From Octopus sinensis (Eukaryota), in contig NC_042997.1 of NCBI RefSeq assembly GCF_006345805.1, positions 137,826,001 through 137,890,000 on the forward strand: DNA of 64,000 nucleotides. The letters run 5' to 3'. Numbering within the stretch: position 1 is the stretch's first letter; every line of letters starts with the position of its first letter. A model generated the notes under the pieces. It did not search any database. It saw only the letters and a program-made list of their open reading frames with translations, and was not told where the DNA came from. Below are positions 26,384 through 38,714 of this stretch, one piece after another. A program made the translations under genes and the position numbers.

Positions 26384-26903
26384 TGTAGGATGTGTGTTGT
26401 ATTGTTGAAGACCTTCGTTGTGTGATCTGGCTGGCTGTGCATATAATAAACAAAGTAACTCATAAACTTCTAATTTTTAACATATTTATTGCTGGACATG
26501 ATTTATTGCGTTGGCTGTTTACAAAAGAAAGATGCTGATAATATAAACACCGATTGGGATGAAAGAACTGTGCTGCATCTGGTTGAAGGCTAGTTGTGGT
26601 ACATCATTTATAAGTGTCCAAAATTGTCTTTTCCTCGAAGTGGTCTGAGTGCCCAATTTGATCTGGTCTTAGCAGTCTACCTTCTGTAAGTGCCCAAGCT
26701 GGACTACTTGAGTGCCCGAGGCTGTCTAGTGAATTAGGTGCCAAAGGGTTTATATAAAGTGAAAAGAGGACGAATTTTAGATCATACAAGGAGCCATATC
26801 ACACCACAGCCTCACACTGATTGGTCAATTTATAGATCAATCAAGTGAAACTGTGGTGACTCACTCATGATCCCTAATCGCTGTTGGGGTTTCGATCCTT
26901 ACA
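26384..26903 (-). mobile_element. Possible solo LTR
   Basis: tgtagga...tccttaca inverted TG..CA ends and minus-strand AATAAA signals; no convincing TSD. Confidence 0.3.
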
Positions 26904-27549
26904 CTATAAAATCCTAAGTCTTAACAATCTTTGATGATCTTTCCAGCAACCAGGAATGTGTGTGACTTGTAGGTTAAATGGAGTGAGAGAGGGATTGACT
27001 TAAGTGAAACTTTACACAAATAAAAATGTAACAAGTAGCTTCTTAGATTCTAAGTCAGGATTTGAAATTGAATCTACATTTTCCTATAGATTCTCTTCTT
27101 GTTCTAGGCTTTTGCACTTACAAATTTATGAGAGTCGACTGTAACACTAAGGTTCTATTATTTAACTTAACAGTCTTAGGTTACATATCCAACTTTTCAG
27201 CATTTGTAAGTAAAGTAACCAAATTTGGTTTTTCCTTCTTTCTTTCAGTGCCAAAGGAGGGAACACCTTATGCAAGGAACTGCAGTGTTTACCCTCTCTA
27301 CTTGTCTATACTATCTTACTCTTTCTCTCTCTCCCTTTTCCACCAGTCTTCTAGCAGTCAATAAAAGATGAAGTTAACTACCTACAGAATGGATTACAGA
27401 ATAGCAAATAACCTGTGCACAACAACAGCTTAAGGTTGTATTTTACATTGTAACAATGAAAATTAAGGACCCGATTCAAACAATTAATATTTTTCTTCTC
27501 ATTTTTATTGCTACATGCCATCGTTAAAAAAACACAAATAACAATTTGT

Positions 27550-30050
27550 AAACCACTTTTATAAATTAATGATACACAGTTGACACAAATTACAATATGA
27601 AATTTTAAAATATTGTTTTCTGCCAACAGATATGTTGGCTTACTTTCATTCAATGCTACACTGCTTAGTTGTATTTGACCTATTGTACTCCTTTGAAATG
27701 TGTTCATTTGTCTGAAGCTGCTGAAAACACACAGGCAGATTACATAGTGTAGCAGGGAGGGCTGCCAACATACCAGCGATTGTGTTGAAGACCGACAGAA
27801 GCAAGATAATTTTCGTTAATAGTTGCTTGTGAACCTAATAGATACATATCATCCATAAAAATGTTTGTGTAAATTGTCTTTTTCTGCCTTTAGGAGACCT
27901 ACACTATAATGAACTGCAACAATTTGAATGTGACTCATCTGCATACACAAAATATATCTTAGTCATTACAATTCCACAATAATCTTTTCAAGATATATAA
28001 TGGCAATCTTTGATTGGTTGATCCCGTGGCACTTCCGTTGCTCATTCATCAGCTAGAGCTTGCAAACGACAAGATATTTTTTCTCTGCTTTCCTTAATGA
28101 AAATTATGCTCCACGGATGGATTTCTATGATAGTTTCACTTAATTTCAGACTATTTTCAAGTTATGACATTTCTAAAATTTCCTTGGTTGCTGCGACTAT
28201 TCTTTTAGCACATATAACATAAAGTTTTCCTTTTAAATAATTACCAATGTTGTTTGAATTTACAAAATTATTTTCCAAGCACTCCAATTAAGAAGTCAAA
28301 ATTGCACACAGCATTAAATAATGCACTGATATCCATAAATGTATTGAAGCCTTGATTACATTTTTTACATCTACAAGACCACCTTGTTACAATTTGAAAT
28401 TTCACCATTTCATTACCAACCCGACTGAAACTGGCTCTGGCACTGAGTACAAATGTCTTGTTATCATAAGCTTTGAATTAAAATCTTCCACCAAACCTTA
28501 GTCACAATTTATGTTCCTAACACTAGCTGAATGATAACTAAGTTATTTTACTAAATTCTTTGTTATATATAAAGTAATTGAAAGAAACACAGAGAGCATC
28601 TCAAAATAAATAGAGTAACGAAAGGGTTAAGGATCCATGATATTTATTCTCTATCAATTGTGATTTCAATGATTGTATGCTGTTTTGGACTAGCATTTAG
28701 AAAGTATTAGATACTACACATTATTTCTGAGGCATTGCAGAGTGGTTCAGTCAGTATCTGTCATGTTTTGGACAGCAAGATTTAAAAGGTGTACATGGTA
28801 ATGGGCAAAGCTGGCAAGTGGAGAAAATTTCTTTTACTGCTGTTCCCAACCTTCCATCAGCATCAGTCATATTTGCTACATTATCAACACATTTTCAATT
28901 TCAAGTATTTCCTGAATATATTTTTGACTAACTCACAGAGAAAACTTCTTTCTGAGGAAAGCGTGGCACAAAATCTGAAGGAAGACTCTCCATTTTCTTC
29001 TTCAGCAATAGTTTTGAGGTATATTATGACTTGCTTGACCCTACTAGTATCTGATGTTTCATCAATGATAATAAAATATGCTTCACATGATTCTTTTACA
29101 TGTTTCAGTCATCTGACTGTGGCCATGCTGGAATACCACCTTCAAGGGTTTTTTAGTCAAAGAAATTTACCACAGGGCTGAAATGGTAAAAGTTTCAATT
29201 GAATTAGATTAATGTTGTTCTTGTGGCTGTTTTACTTGTTAATCCTAAATCTGCAAGGTCATACTGTGTGGTAAGAAGCTTGCTTCCCAACCACATGGTT
29301 CCAGGTTCAGTCCCACTGTGTGGCACCTCGGGCAAATGTCTTCTACTATATCTTTGGGCCGACCAAAGCTTTGTGAGTAGATTTGGTAGACAGAAACTGA
29401 AAGAAGCCTGTTGTATATATATATATATATATGTATGTATTTGTGTGTCTGTGTTTGTCCCCCCAACTATTGCTTGACAACTGATGTTGGTGTGTTTATG
29501 TCCCCATATCTTAGCGGTTCGGCAAAATAGACCAAAAGAATAAGTCCTGGGGTCAATTGCTTCAACTAAAAACTCTTTAATGTGGTGCTCCAGCATGGCT
29601 GCAGTCAAATGACTGAAACAAATAAAAGAATAAAAGAAAATACTCTGTGTGACCTCATTTACCTGCATTTTGTTGGACAGTGAACAAGAAATTTCTGATT
29701 AATAACTTTCATATACTCACTGTTCTGCACTTGCTGCTTGTATACACTATTTAGTTGTGTTAACATGTTTTGTGCTTTGTGTTCATTCAATATTTAATTC
29801 CACTTCCAATGACAAGCACTTTTTGCATGCATTGTGATAACTTCCTTCGCAGTTTTCAAAAGAAAAAGAGTCACTTTGCATGGAGACTTCAAAAGGAAAA
29901 CACAAAATTTAGCAGTTTTGAATTTCATAGGTAAGCCAAGAATAAACTTTAAACTATTCACTCTTGAAACAGCTCAGACTTGAGTCCTTATTAAATTTAT
30001 TTTGGGTTAAAATTAGCTGATTTAGTTTAATTTCAGTGATATTGCCTTGT
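27550..30050 (-). pseudogene. Fossil hAT transposase (ZMYM1-like/Tip100 type), interrupted by a MITE (about 28410-28630) and a SINE (29263-29635)
   Basis: Collinear minus-strand motifs: KVYSWLTYE (TTF zinc-finger region), GHTE, YFIIIDETSDTSRVKQ, DNVANM, FAHYHVHLLNLAV, TRWSCR, and FSSFRQMNTFQRSTIGQIQLSSVAL (hATC dimerisation domain). Many stops and frameshifts. Confidence 0.85.
29263..29635 (+). mobile_element. Family A SINE, near full length
   Basis: tRNA-like head (tgtggtaagaag..ggttcagtccc), internal (TA)n and tail ccagcatggctgcagtcaaatgactgaaaca. Confidence 0.85.
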
Positions 30051-30819
30051 TGAGGCAGCAGTTCAGTAGAGCTTTATAGGTCACATACTTCCTTGTCATT
30101 TGAAAGATTTTTCAGATACGGAAGAATCAAGCTTTGTTGAGATTCAGTGTTGTTTTTAATATCCTGATCATCACATTCAACCAAGCTGTTCTTGATGATA
30201 CCACAATCTTTTATTGTATGATTTTTTTGTTGACCAAAACACATTAGTGAACGACTTTTTAATGAAACAACTTTCAGATGGTGTAGATTCCTATTACATC
30301 AAACTATGGTGTGGATTTTTTTCAGAGAGGTGGGGAGTAGAGGAGTTTCAGATCATTCACACAAGTCCTCTTTGTTTCTTCATTACATACCAAAGATGGG
30401 TATTTTTAAATGAAATTTTGTACAAATACTTTTTAAATGGTGCTGATTACAATTATATTGGAATTTAATGTTAAAAAACAATGGTAGCTGTGCACACATA
30501 CATACTAACTCACATCACATATATCAGAATGAAACTTGAAATTTAAAAAGAAAAATTGTGATGAGTGTCAGTAGAGTGTAGGACAAAACCCTCTAGAAAA
30601 ATAAACACAAAGTAAAAAAAAATCACGAGAACAAAAGCAAGCAAGTTTTAAGTCATAATTTTTATTTTTGTTATTTGTAGTTTATAAAAGATTACATTAT
30701 ATGATAACCCCAATCATAAAAATGAGCATAATAAAAAGAACATCATGTCATATCTCTGAAAAGTTAAAACAAACACAATATTGAAAACCTCATTAAATGT
30801 TGAAGTTCATTTTATTACA

Positions 30820-31640
30820 ACCTGATGCTCTGCCCTACACTATTCAAAAATTCCTCCATGGTCTTCCTCTCACTGACATAGTCCAGACATAGGTTCTTTA
30901 AACATTGTTGATGCTCCTCTGTAACATGTTTGACTCGTTTTCTTGGAGGCTCAGAACAAGAATCCTTAATCAGAGCTGTTGATACAAGATCTTAGTCCTT
31001 TCTAATACTTTCAATGGCTTTCCAGATAGTTGGGTGGTCATGCCACACAAACTCAGAGAAAAAGAAACATTCCAACTCTCGCATAGGTTGGTGCAACCCA
31101 CATTATTGTTGGTTACCTGATGGACATTCCATTCCTGTGGTGGGAATGGGGAAGAATCCTTCTCATGTGTACTGGAGGAATTTTTCCATCAGGAAGAGCT
31201 GGTGGCTGGACGTGACAAGTGTCAAACATGTAGGTGCTACTGAAATAATCAACCAGGTCTTCTTGTCCTTCAACATCAAGCATATTTTCCGTCAGATAAC
31301 CTATCCTACTGGTCACTTTGTCTATAGGTAGAAAAATCAGTCCATCCAACATTCCACCAAAAATGTTTCACTATCATCATTCTTGTATGCAGTGGTCAGT
31401 CCTAAACTTTATACATTTCTCTATGTACTTTGGATCAGATGATATAGAAACAACTATGAGATGTCACATATGGTCCCAGAACTGTGCCAATAGCATTAAT
31501 CATTGCATGTTCAAAATAAGTCATCACATTGGTGGGAGCTAAATTGAATCCCTGATGATTACATTTATCCGAGATTGCCCCGAGGAGTTCTTCATTGGCA
31601 GATTGTGACTTCACAGGCAGAATGGCATACACACACCTTA
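30820..31640 (-). pseudogene. Mutator/MULE transposase C-terminal fossil
   Basis: YAILPVKSQ..EELL..VMTYFEHAMINA..SCFY, then MLDGLIFLP..LVDYFSSTY, TNNN and HPTIWKAIE. Confidence 0.85.
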
Positions 31641-31792
31641 TAAACTAATAACTATTTAAGACCTTTTTTTTAGTTCCAGCAGGATTTTCCTCATTCTTTC
31701 ATCTTTATTGCATTTACTTTCAAATATAATTTCAAATAAATAAATTTGAAAACATAAATTGCTTGTTTCATATTGGTATTGTAATTTTCTTT

Positions 31793-34700
31793 GGCCAATG
31801 TTGACATTATTACCCGGAAACGAAATCGAAAATAAAAAAAAGTGTAATGGGTGTAAAAAGAAGGTGTAGGAAAGGTATATGAAAACAAAAATTCCAGGAA
31901 AGCAAAAGCAACGAGATGGGTGGGGAGAGGCCTCGGAAAATTCACAAGATCCGATGTTTTTCCCTCATAACTTTTAGGAAAATGTGTTTTTCTAAATGAA
32001 ATTTTATATATATATCTTTCAAACTGTATAGATTACGATTACAAAGAAATTTGTGGTGAAAGTCTTTTCCGAGGGGGTGGGGAGAGGACTTCGAAAAATT
32101 CACAAGATCCAATGTTTTACCCTTGTATCTTTCTACTTAGGAAACGAATCTGAAAACAAAAATGCAAGGAAAGCAACAGGGGTGGGAAGACTTTGGAGAA
32201 TCTTTTCCGAGGGAGTGGGGGAGAACTTCAGAAAATTCATAAGATCTGTGTTTTTCCCTCTTTGAGGAAAATATAATAATTTTGGAATCACAAATTAGGA
32301 TTTTCCTCAGGAACTTGGATGCTAAACATCCCTTTGAAAGGTTCGGGTCCTTCTACTACATACACACACACACACATATCTATCTAGCTATAGTAGCGTG
32401 GTGTATGCAGGAGATTTGAAATAGACACCTACCTTCACTTCGTTGACACAGACCTCCCCGGCAGTAACGCACCCTTCCATGTGGCCCAGCCCAAACGCTA
32501 AAAATAGCAGCTGTTTTTCCCTTACCTTGATGAAGCGCTCACATGTCCAGCTCTGTCGGCTACCCCGATCAAAAAAGGCCCTAAGCTCCCCTGCCTGCGA
32601 GCGTGTCACTCCTGCTCCTTCCTCTTCCGGTCAGCTCCCCAGCTGCTGACGTCATCCCACATGCCACCCTGATCTTAAAGATCACATTCTCTCTACTCCA
32701 GTTTGAAGTTCACCATCCAACCTGGAGGGCGCCTTGTGCGTCGAGATCTTCTCAGGCTAGGCACCTCATTCTCCTCCTCTCCACAATCGTCATCCGACAA
32801 AGCAACAATCCTGCGAAGGTCCAAGACATGTTGCGGCATTCCATCCACAGAGACATTGTTTCTGGAATTGACCACCGTCACCGTTCCTCTGCTCCATTGA
32901 AACGTACAGCACGCCTTTGGTGGCTTAACCCAGACTTCTTCCCCTATTTTCATGCAAGTGGGTCCCTTCTCTTTATTGTGGCACTCCGGCACTTTACTCG
33001 GCTGCCTCCATTCATATTTAAATTCCGCTCTGTGTGGCACAGATTCTTCAGCTTGTCCGGATCAGGGAGACGTTGTACTAGAAAACTGCTTCCAGCGGCG
33101 AAATGTGCCCTCTTTCCACTATGGCCTTGACTATCCAATGGTGCCACTCTACAATTCTGTTACTGCTCGGAACAAGCGACGCACTATCCACTGGTTGAGC
33201 ATATCCCTCAATGCTTCCAAATGAAATGCCGCCCCATTGTCCATTAGCAGTTCTTCCACAGGACCCCTCTCTAAAAATATCCCATTCAAAACCTGCGCAA
33301 TCTCATCAGCAATGCCTGTTCTCAACTCCCTCCAAATGGTCAGCCGGCCAGGCCCGCAGTCAACCATGGAGAGATACATTCCCTGACAGTAGTGCATCAC
33401 ATCCACAGCTAGCCTCTTCCAGTTGTGCTCCACCGAAAGGTTTCCTTGCTCGTGCCCACACAGAACGTTGCAGCTCCCGACCACGTTCCGGATGCTTCTC
33501 CTAGTAAAATCAGCATCAATCTTCTTCGCGAGATACAGGGTCCTGTCCACACCCAAGTGATGCATAGTGTGCAGTCTCTTCAGTTTGGAGTCATCCAACC
33601 GACATGCTGCAGCTATCCTTTTCAGTGCTTCCTCTGGCTCCTCCAACCACACCTTTTTCACCCTGGTCAGTGCATCTGCCTTGTTTCTCTCTGAAGAAAC
33701 GAAAACCATGTTCAGCTTCAGTCTGAACAATTCTCCTAGAACTCCTACACGGCGCCTCATCAACATCTCTGCGGCACCTTTCATCCAAACTCTTCTCTCC
33801 CCGGTGATCACAGATCCTACCCAGCCAACTACAGTGGCCGAATCCATCCGGATTTCGATTGAGCGCAGCCCCCATTTCAGAGCTAAGTTCACCTCTTTCA
33901 GCACCGTGTCTAATTCGGTGACATTGATGTGGTTAAAGTCATCTGCTTTCCGAAGCCAGGTCACGTCCTCCATCTCAGCACCTTCGATCTCCTTGTCTGC
34001 CTGCATCGATAGCAGACGGGCCCCGGTTGCATACACTCCTTTGCCATGTGCAACCCCTGACATCTAAAACATCGGCCTGAGAATGGCCGCTGTCGTTGCA
34101 CAGTAGGCTTCTTCGCATCTTTCTCCGGCTGTCTTTATGTGCCGCCGTTACCGCCATTGCTATCGCCTTCCATCCAGTGTTTCGTGTCAACCCACTTACG
34201 AACGCCAGTCGCGCTGCTCTCTCCAGGCCTTCTCCTGTAAACCCAGCCAGCGTGGCTAGCCTTTGCACCTTCGTCACATATTCATCCACCTACTCTCCTG
34301 TCCATCTAATCGTGCCCAGCTTAACAAAGGCTGTGTACTCACACTCGGTGTAAGCATCTCTCAGATGTTGCTCAATCTTCTCCTCAATCAGACGTTCTTC
34401 TTCATCCACCTCAAGATATAGAGTCAAATATAGTTCCAAATATAGTGCCATAAGGCTCGCCACGTCGCTAATGCCTTGCAGTCTCACCATAAGCCTGATT
34501 TTATGTATCCAGGCCATTACATCACCCTCACCATTAAAGGGTCTGATAACGTCGCTGGCGATCCTGATCTTAGTTGCCATCGTGGTGATGTCTTTATGGA
34601 GTGCCAAAATAGCTTGTGGTGTATGCAGGAGATTTGAAATAAAGACACCTACCTTCTCTTCGTCGATGCAGACCTCTCCAGTGGTAACGCACCCTTCCAC

Positions 34701-35385
34701 ATGGCCTGATCCGAACGCAAAAAATAGCAGCTGCTTTTCCCTTACCTTGAAACGCTCACACGTCCAGCTCTGTCAGCTACCCCTATCGAAAAAGGCCCTA
34801 AGCTCCCCTGCCTCTGCGCGCATCACTCCTGCCCCTTCCTCTTCCGGTCAGCTCCCCAGTTGCTGACGTCATCCCACAAGTAGGACCCGAACCCTTCAAA
34901 GGGATGTTTAACATCTGAGTTCCTGAGGAAAATCATAATTTGTGATTTCAAAAGATTATATTTTCCTCAAAGTTACGATGGAAAAACTCGGATCTTTTGA
35001 ATTTTCCGAAGTCCTCTCCTACCCCGTTGCTCTCCACGCATTTTTGCTTTCAGATTCGTTTCTTACGTGAGTGTGAAATAAAGATAGAAATCCATTTTCC
35101 TCAAAGTTACGATGGAAAAACATCAGATCTTGTGAATTTTCCAAAGTCCTTCCCCCAACCTCTCGAAAAATTTCTTTATAATCGTAATTTATACCGTTTG
35201 AAAGGTATTTATATAAAATTTCATTTTGAAAAAAACATTTTCCTAAAAGTTATGAGGGAAAAACATCGAATCTTGTGAATTTTCCGAAGGCCTCTCCCCA
35301 CCCACGTTTCCTACATCTTTTTTTAAAACCGTTGTACTATTTCCTTTTTCGATTTCGTTTCCGGGTAATAATGTCAACATTAACC
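31793..35385. mobile_element. Long-TIR foldback DNA element (GG termini, 8-bp TSD; Merlin- or MULE-like), non-autonomous
   Basis: Arms 31793-32352 and about 34879-35385 are reverse complements (GGYYAATGTTGACATTATTACCCGGAAACGAAATCGAAAA...GTTCGGGTCCT) with internal ggggagaggacttcggaaaattcacaagatcc subrepeats. TTTTCTTT flanks both ends. Confidence 0.85.
32397..34878 (-). mobile_element. Ty3/Gypsy LTR retrotransposon, internally deleted (gag N-terminus, RNase H, integrase; no protease or RT seen)
   Basis: LTRs at 32397-32661 and 34615-34878 with TGTGG...CCACA ends and a 5-bp TSD AGTAG. Gag starts MATKIRIASDVIRPFNGEGDV; RNase H HINVTEL..DS..NKADALTR; integrase H..HH..C..C, AVDV, VDCG, MDNG. Confidence 0.93.
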
Positions 35386-35624
35386 TTTTCTTTTTATATG
35401 TGACCATAACGACTCAATTTTTAATTATATTTACCATGTTTCCTTTCTCCGGTTTCCAAATGGAACTATAAAACCCTGGAGAACAAAACCCCACTAAAGT
35501 AAAAAAAAAACAACAAACAATTGCACTATTGGCCTTTCGTTGCACTGTTAGTTTTTATTTATTTATTTTTTAGGAAGATATTTTTACCGACACATGGGGG
35601 ATTACGGTACTCAGGTAGAGAAAA

Positions 35625-35716
35625 CGGCGGAGGTAAATAATACGCACACCACCCGTTTTAGATGTAACCCTAACCCTAACCTAAACGCCAAGTGTGCGTA
35701 TTCTTTACCTTCGCCG
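35625..35716. repeat. Short hairpin element with a telomere-like (TAACCC)n loop
   Basis: cggcggaggtaaataatacgcacac pairs with gtgtgcgtattctttaccttcgccg; taaccctaaccctaacct at 35665-35682. Confidence 0.75.
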
Positions 35717-35738
35717 ACAAAACAATGGTCATATAGAG

Positions 35739-36070
35739 CAGTGGTTCTCAACAGGGGCCCATGCGAAATTTTTGGAGGTGCACGTAACAAAATATCAAAT
35801 TGGGGATCCACAATAGTATTTTAAGGGCATCTGAAAAAGATTTTACTTTAAATATATGTATTGGTATGTGTCGCAAAAAAAAAAAACAGCTGGGTTTCTC
35901 TCTCTAACATTTTACATAGTTCAACTTCACATATTAATGTGAGAAACACAAAACAGGAAATTTGAACGAAGTTTCTATAAAACTAGTTTTTAAACAGCGA
36001 ATAGCTATGGGGATCCATCAGAATAAAATAGTAATCAAAGGGATCCATAAAAAATGGTTGAAAACCCCCG
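35739..36070. mobile_element. hAT (Charlie-type) MITE
   Basis: TIRs cagtggttctcaac / ggttgaaaacccccg and an 8-bp TSD atatagag/atgtagag. Confidence 0.8.
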
Positions 36071-36554
36071 ATGTAGAGTGAACGAACCATCACAAAAAAA
36101 GATATTTTTCATGATTACTTCAATTATATTTTTTTCTTCTAATTTTAGAAACAGAAAAAAAAAGGTAAAACCGAATGGGTTTTGTCCTATTTCACGACCC
36201 AGGAGAATTTCTGAACGGCTCGACTAACGAAAAATTACCTTGAATTTATTTTTAGTAGTGCGACCCGCCTGAAAATGCACCATGTCTCATGCCTACTTTC
36301 CGAAAAAGGCTATCCGTGTCTTCAAGGAAGTCAATAAAGCAAAGTCTGTAGATCAAGTGGAAGAGATAGAAAGGAGATACAGTTGACGGTTGTTTAAGAA
36401 GAGCATGTTTGTATTTTTGTTGTTTCGATTCCTGGATGCTGTCATTTTAATGATACTTTTTATGAAAACATTTCATTCATGCACTTCACTTTCCCTTCTT
36501 TCCTGATATCAAAATACCATGAAATGTAATCAAATTAGTAACTAGTGTATCAGA

Positions 36555-36586
36555 GCGGATGTGATGTCATAAGTGCTCAGCACTTA
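36555..36586 (+). promoter_or_regulatory. Candidate DCAF11 promoter motifs
   Basis: GCGGATGTGATGTCA (ETS-CRE composite-like) is immediately followed by the palindrome TAAGTGCT-C-AGCACTTA, about 300 bp upstream of the ATG. Confidence 0.35.
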
Positions 36587-36866
36587 GCATGGAATAAGTT
36601 AAATAATAAGTATATAATAATCCTAAATAACTGAAGAAACATCTTTTAAAATAATTCTTGAAATATTCCAGCGTGTACATTATGAAATGATCGGGAGGAA
36701 ACTATGTTTCCAATTAATAAACAATATATATATATTATACTCAGCACGGTGATCTGCACGGTTAGTTCAGCTGAAAATATGGTGTGATCAGAAGGATGAT
36801 TTAATGAACTTTTTTCAAGTGATTACCTAATGATACAGTATTTGTTTTTTTAAAAGCTTTGCCAGC

Positions 36867-36961
36867 ATGAGTAACTCGAGTGGAAATACTTCGTCCGGAT
36901 CGAGAAATAACGACGAAAGACAGGTGAATTCGCAGAATCACTCTTTTATTCTTGCCACAAG
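36867..36961 (+). CDS. DCAF11: DCAF11/WDR23-like, putative coding exon 1 (MSNSSGNTSSGSRNNDERQVNSQNHSFILAT-R)
   Basis: agcATG start and AG|gtaaac donor (phase 2). It lies in a CpG-rich region, is phase-compatible with the exon at 41168, and is Ser/Gly-rich like the human DCAF11 N-terminus. Homology is weak. Confidence 0.6.
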
Positions 36962-38714
36962 GTAAACAAAAGCACATTTACTCGTTTCAAGATATGTAAT
37001 AACATAGCATGCCTATCAAGTATTAATCTACTAATCTGAAACCATACATTTGCTTTAAACTTTCACAAATGAGGACTAGCAACCTTCAGCCGTAACTTTA
37101 AATGTAACTTATGGATCCACTGCTAAGTCGTCCTTGACTTCCCTGTTGCTGGTCAAAATCATTTGTTTAGTAAATAAAAGAGAAAGGCTTCTGAAAATGG
37201 CATTTTCTCTCTCCAAGCCAATTTATTCCATTCTTCTGCCCTTGTAAACAGATTTATTCCATTTTTAAACTTTATAACAATACAGCTAATCTACCTTTGC
37301 AAATATTTGAAAGGTTTAATTACATAAGCAATGGGACCTGCATTCAGCTAACTGTTTCCGATTCTCAAAAAATACTGTTCCAGGTCATCTCTGATCGAGA
37401 GCACGAATGTAGTCGGCCGACAGAAGCTGTATTTATTTTTCCAGCCGTGTGCACTCTTTAACCTAAGCTATTAAGGAAGCTACAGCTTGGGCTGTTTGGT
37501 TTCAGATCTTATCTCTCTCCATACTCCAAAGAATGTCTTTGTACCTTGATTTATTAATGACACGAACTCTGCAATTATGCAACATCAACAATACACACAC
37601 GGAGTTAATTACTCAGAGACGCCGTCTGCATGGAATAATAATTAAAATATACTAACACTAACTTACACAAGTTTTTGTTTGGTTCTCTACATTGCTCGTA
37701 CCATTACCCATTTAACCCTATACATTAATAGGTTGTTATTGAATAAATCCAATTGTTTGGACATATGATCTAAGGTATATCGCCCGCTATTACCCCGTCA
37801 TTTAATTTTCCAGACAATAGATTATATTACTCATAGTGTCATTCAGCTTTCTTAAGACATCAGCCTGTAATGCGAGAGAAATTTGGCTGCTATTTTTAGC
37901 GGGTTGAGGCTCCCTAGTAGGCTCGTGTCAAATGTACGCTTGTGTGTGGAAACAATGAAGCTGTCATTTGAATTTATACACAAAAAAATTACTAGGGTTG
38001 TAAACCAGAACTTTTCCCTTTAGTCCTCCTTTTTTCTCTCAGTCTTAATCCATTTACGAACATTGTATGTGTTTCTGTTGTCTTTATACTTGTATTTATA
38101 TTTTTAATTGGCAGCAACCTTTCGCAGGTCGGTTTCATTACTTTAAGCCTTTTATATTTTCCCAAACGCAACTCTTATTGACCTGTATTAAGACACTTAT
38201 GCCTATTAAACAATGTTTATTATATATGTAGTTATCAGTTAATTACTTATACATTTATGTATTTCAATGTTAAAAACAAGTAACTTCTTCGTATGGAGCT
38301 ATCATAATTACCAAAATCCATCTGTACTAGGCCAACATTGAAAAAGTGGGGCTATTGCAGAATCGCCACCTCTCCTTGAATAATGCATCTTTTTGAAAAA
38401 TGTTTTTCGGATTCTTACGTTCTTGATGTTGGAGATTATAAATAAGCAAAAAAAAAAAAAAAAGATATTTCACCTACCCACCAATTAAAAGTTTTTCGAA
38501 ATTTTATTCCCCTATGTTTTAGATGACGGAGATTCCGAATATGCAAGAAACCACGGTTTCAAAATTTTTAATTCAATAAGCATATAGATATGTGCATAAA
38601 GAGATAGACAGATAGATATGAAGTCTTCCTGGGGCTAAAAACAACAGTATCACCGTCTTCTATAGGACCTCCACATTTAGTTGACAAATATATTTTATGA
38701 ATAAACGGATAGGG

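Noticed and set aside
27550-30050. Domesticated ZMYM1-like host gene
   Set aside because: It has many stops and frameshifts and two TE insertions; it is a fossil transposase.
36560-36586. ARE/SKN-1 site implying Nrf2-DCAF11 feedback
   Set aside because: GTGATGTCAT and TGCTCAGCA are only partial matches to the ARE, MARE or SKN-1 consensus, too weak to claim.
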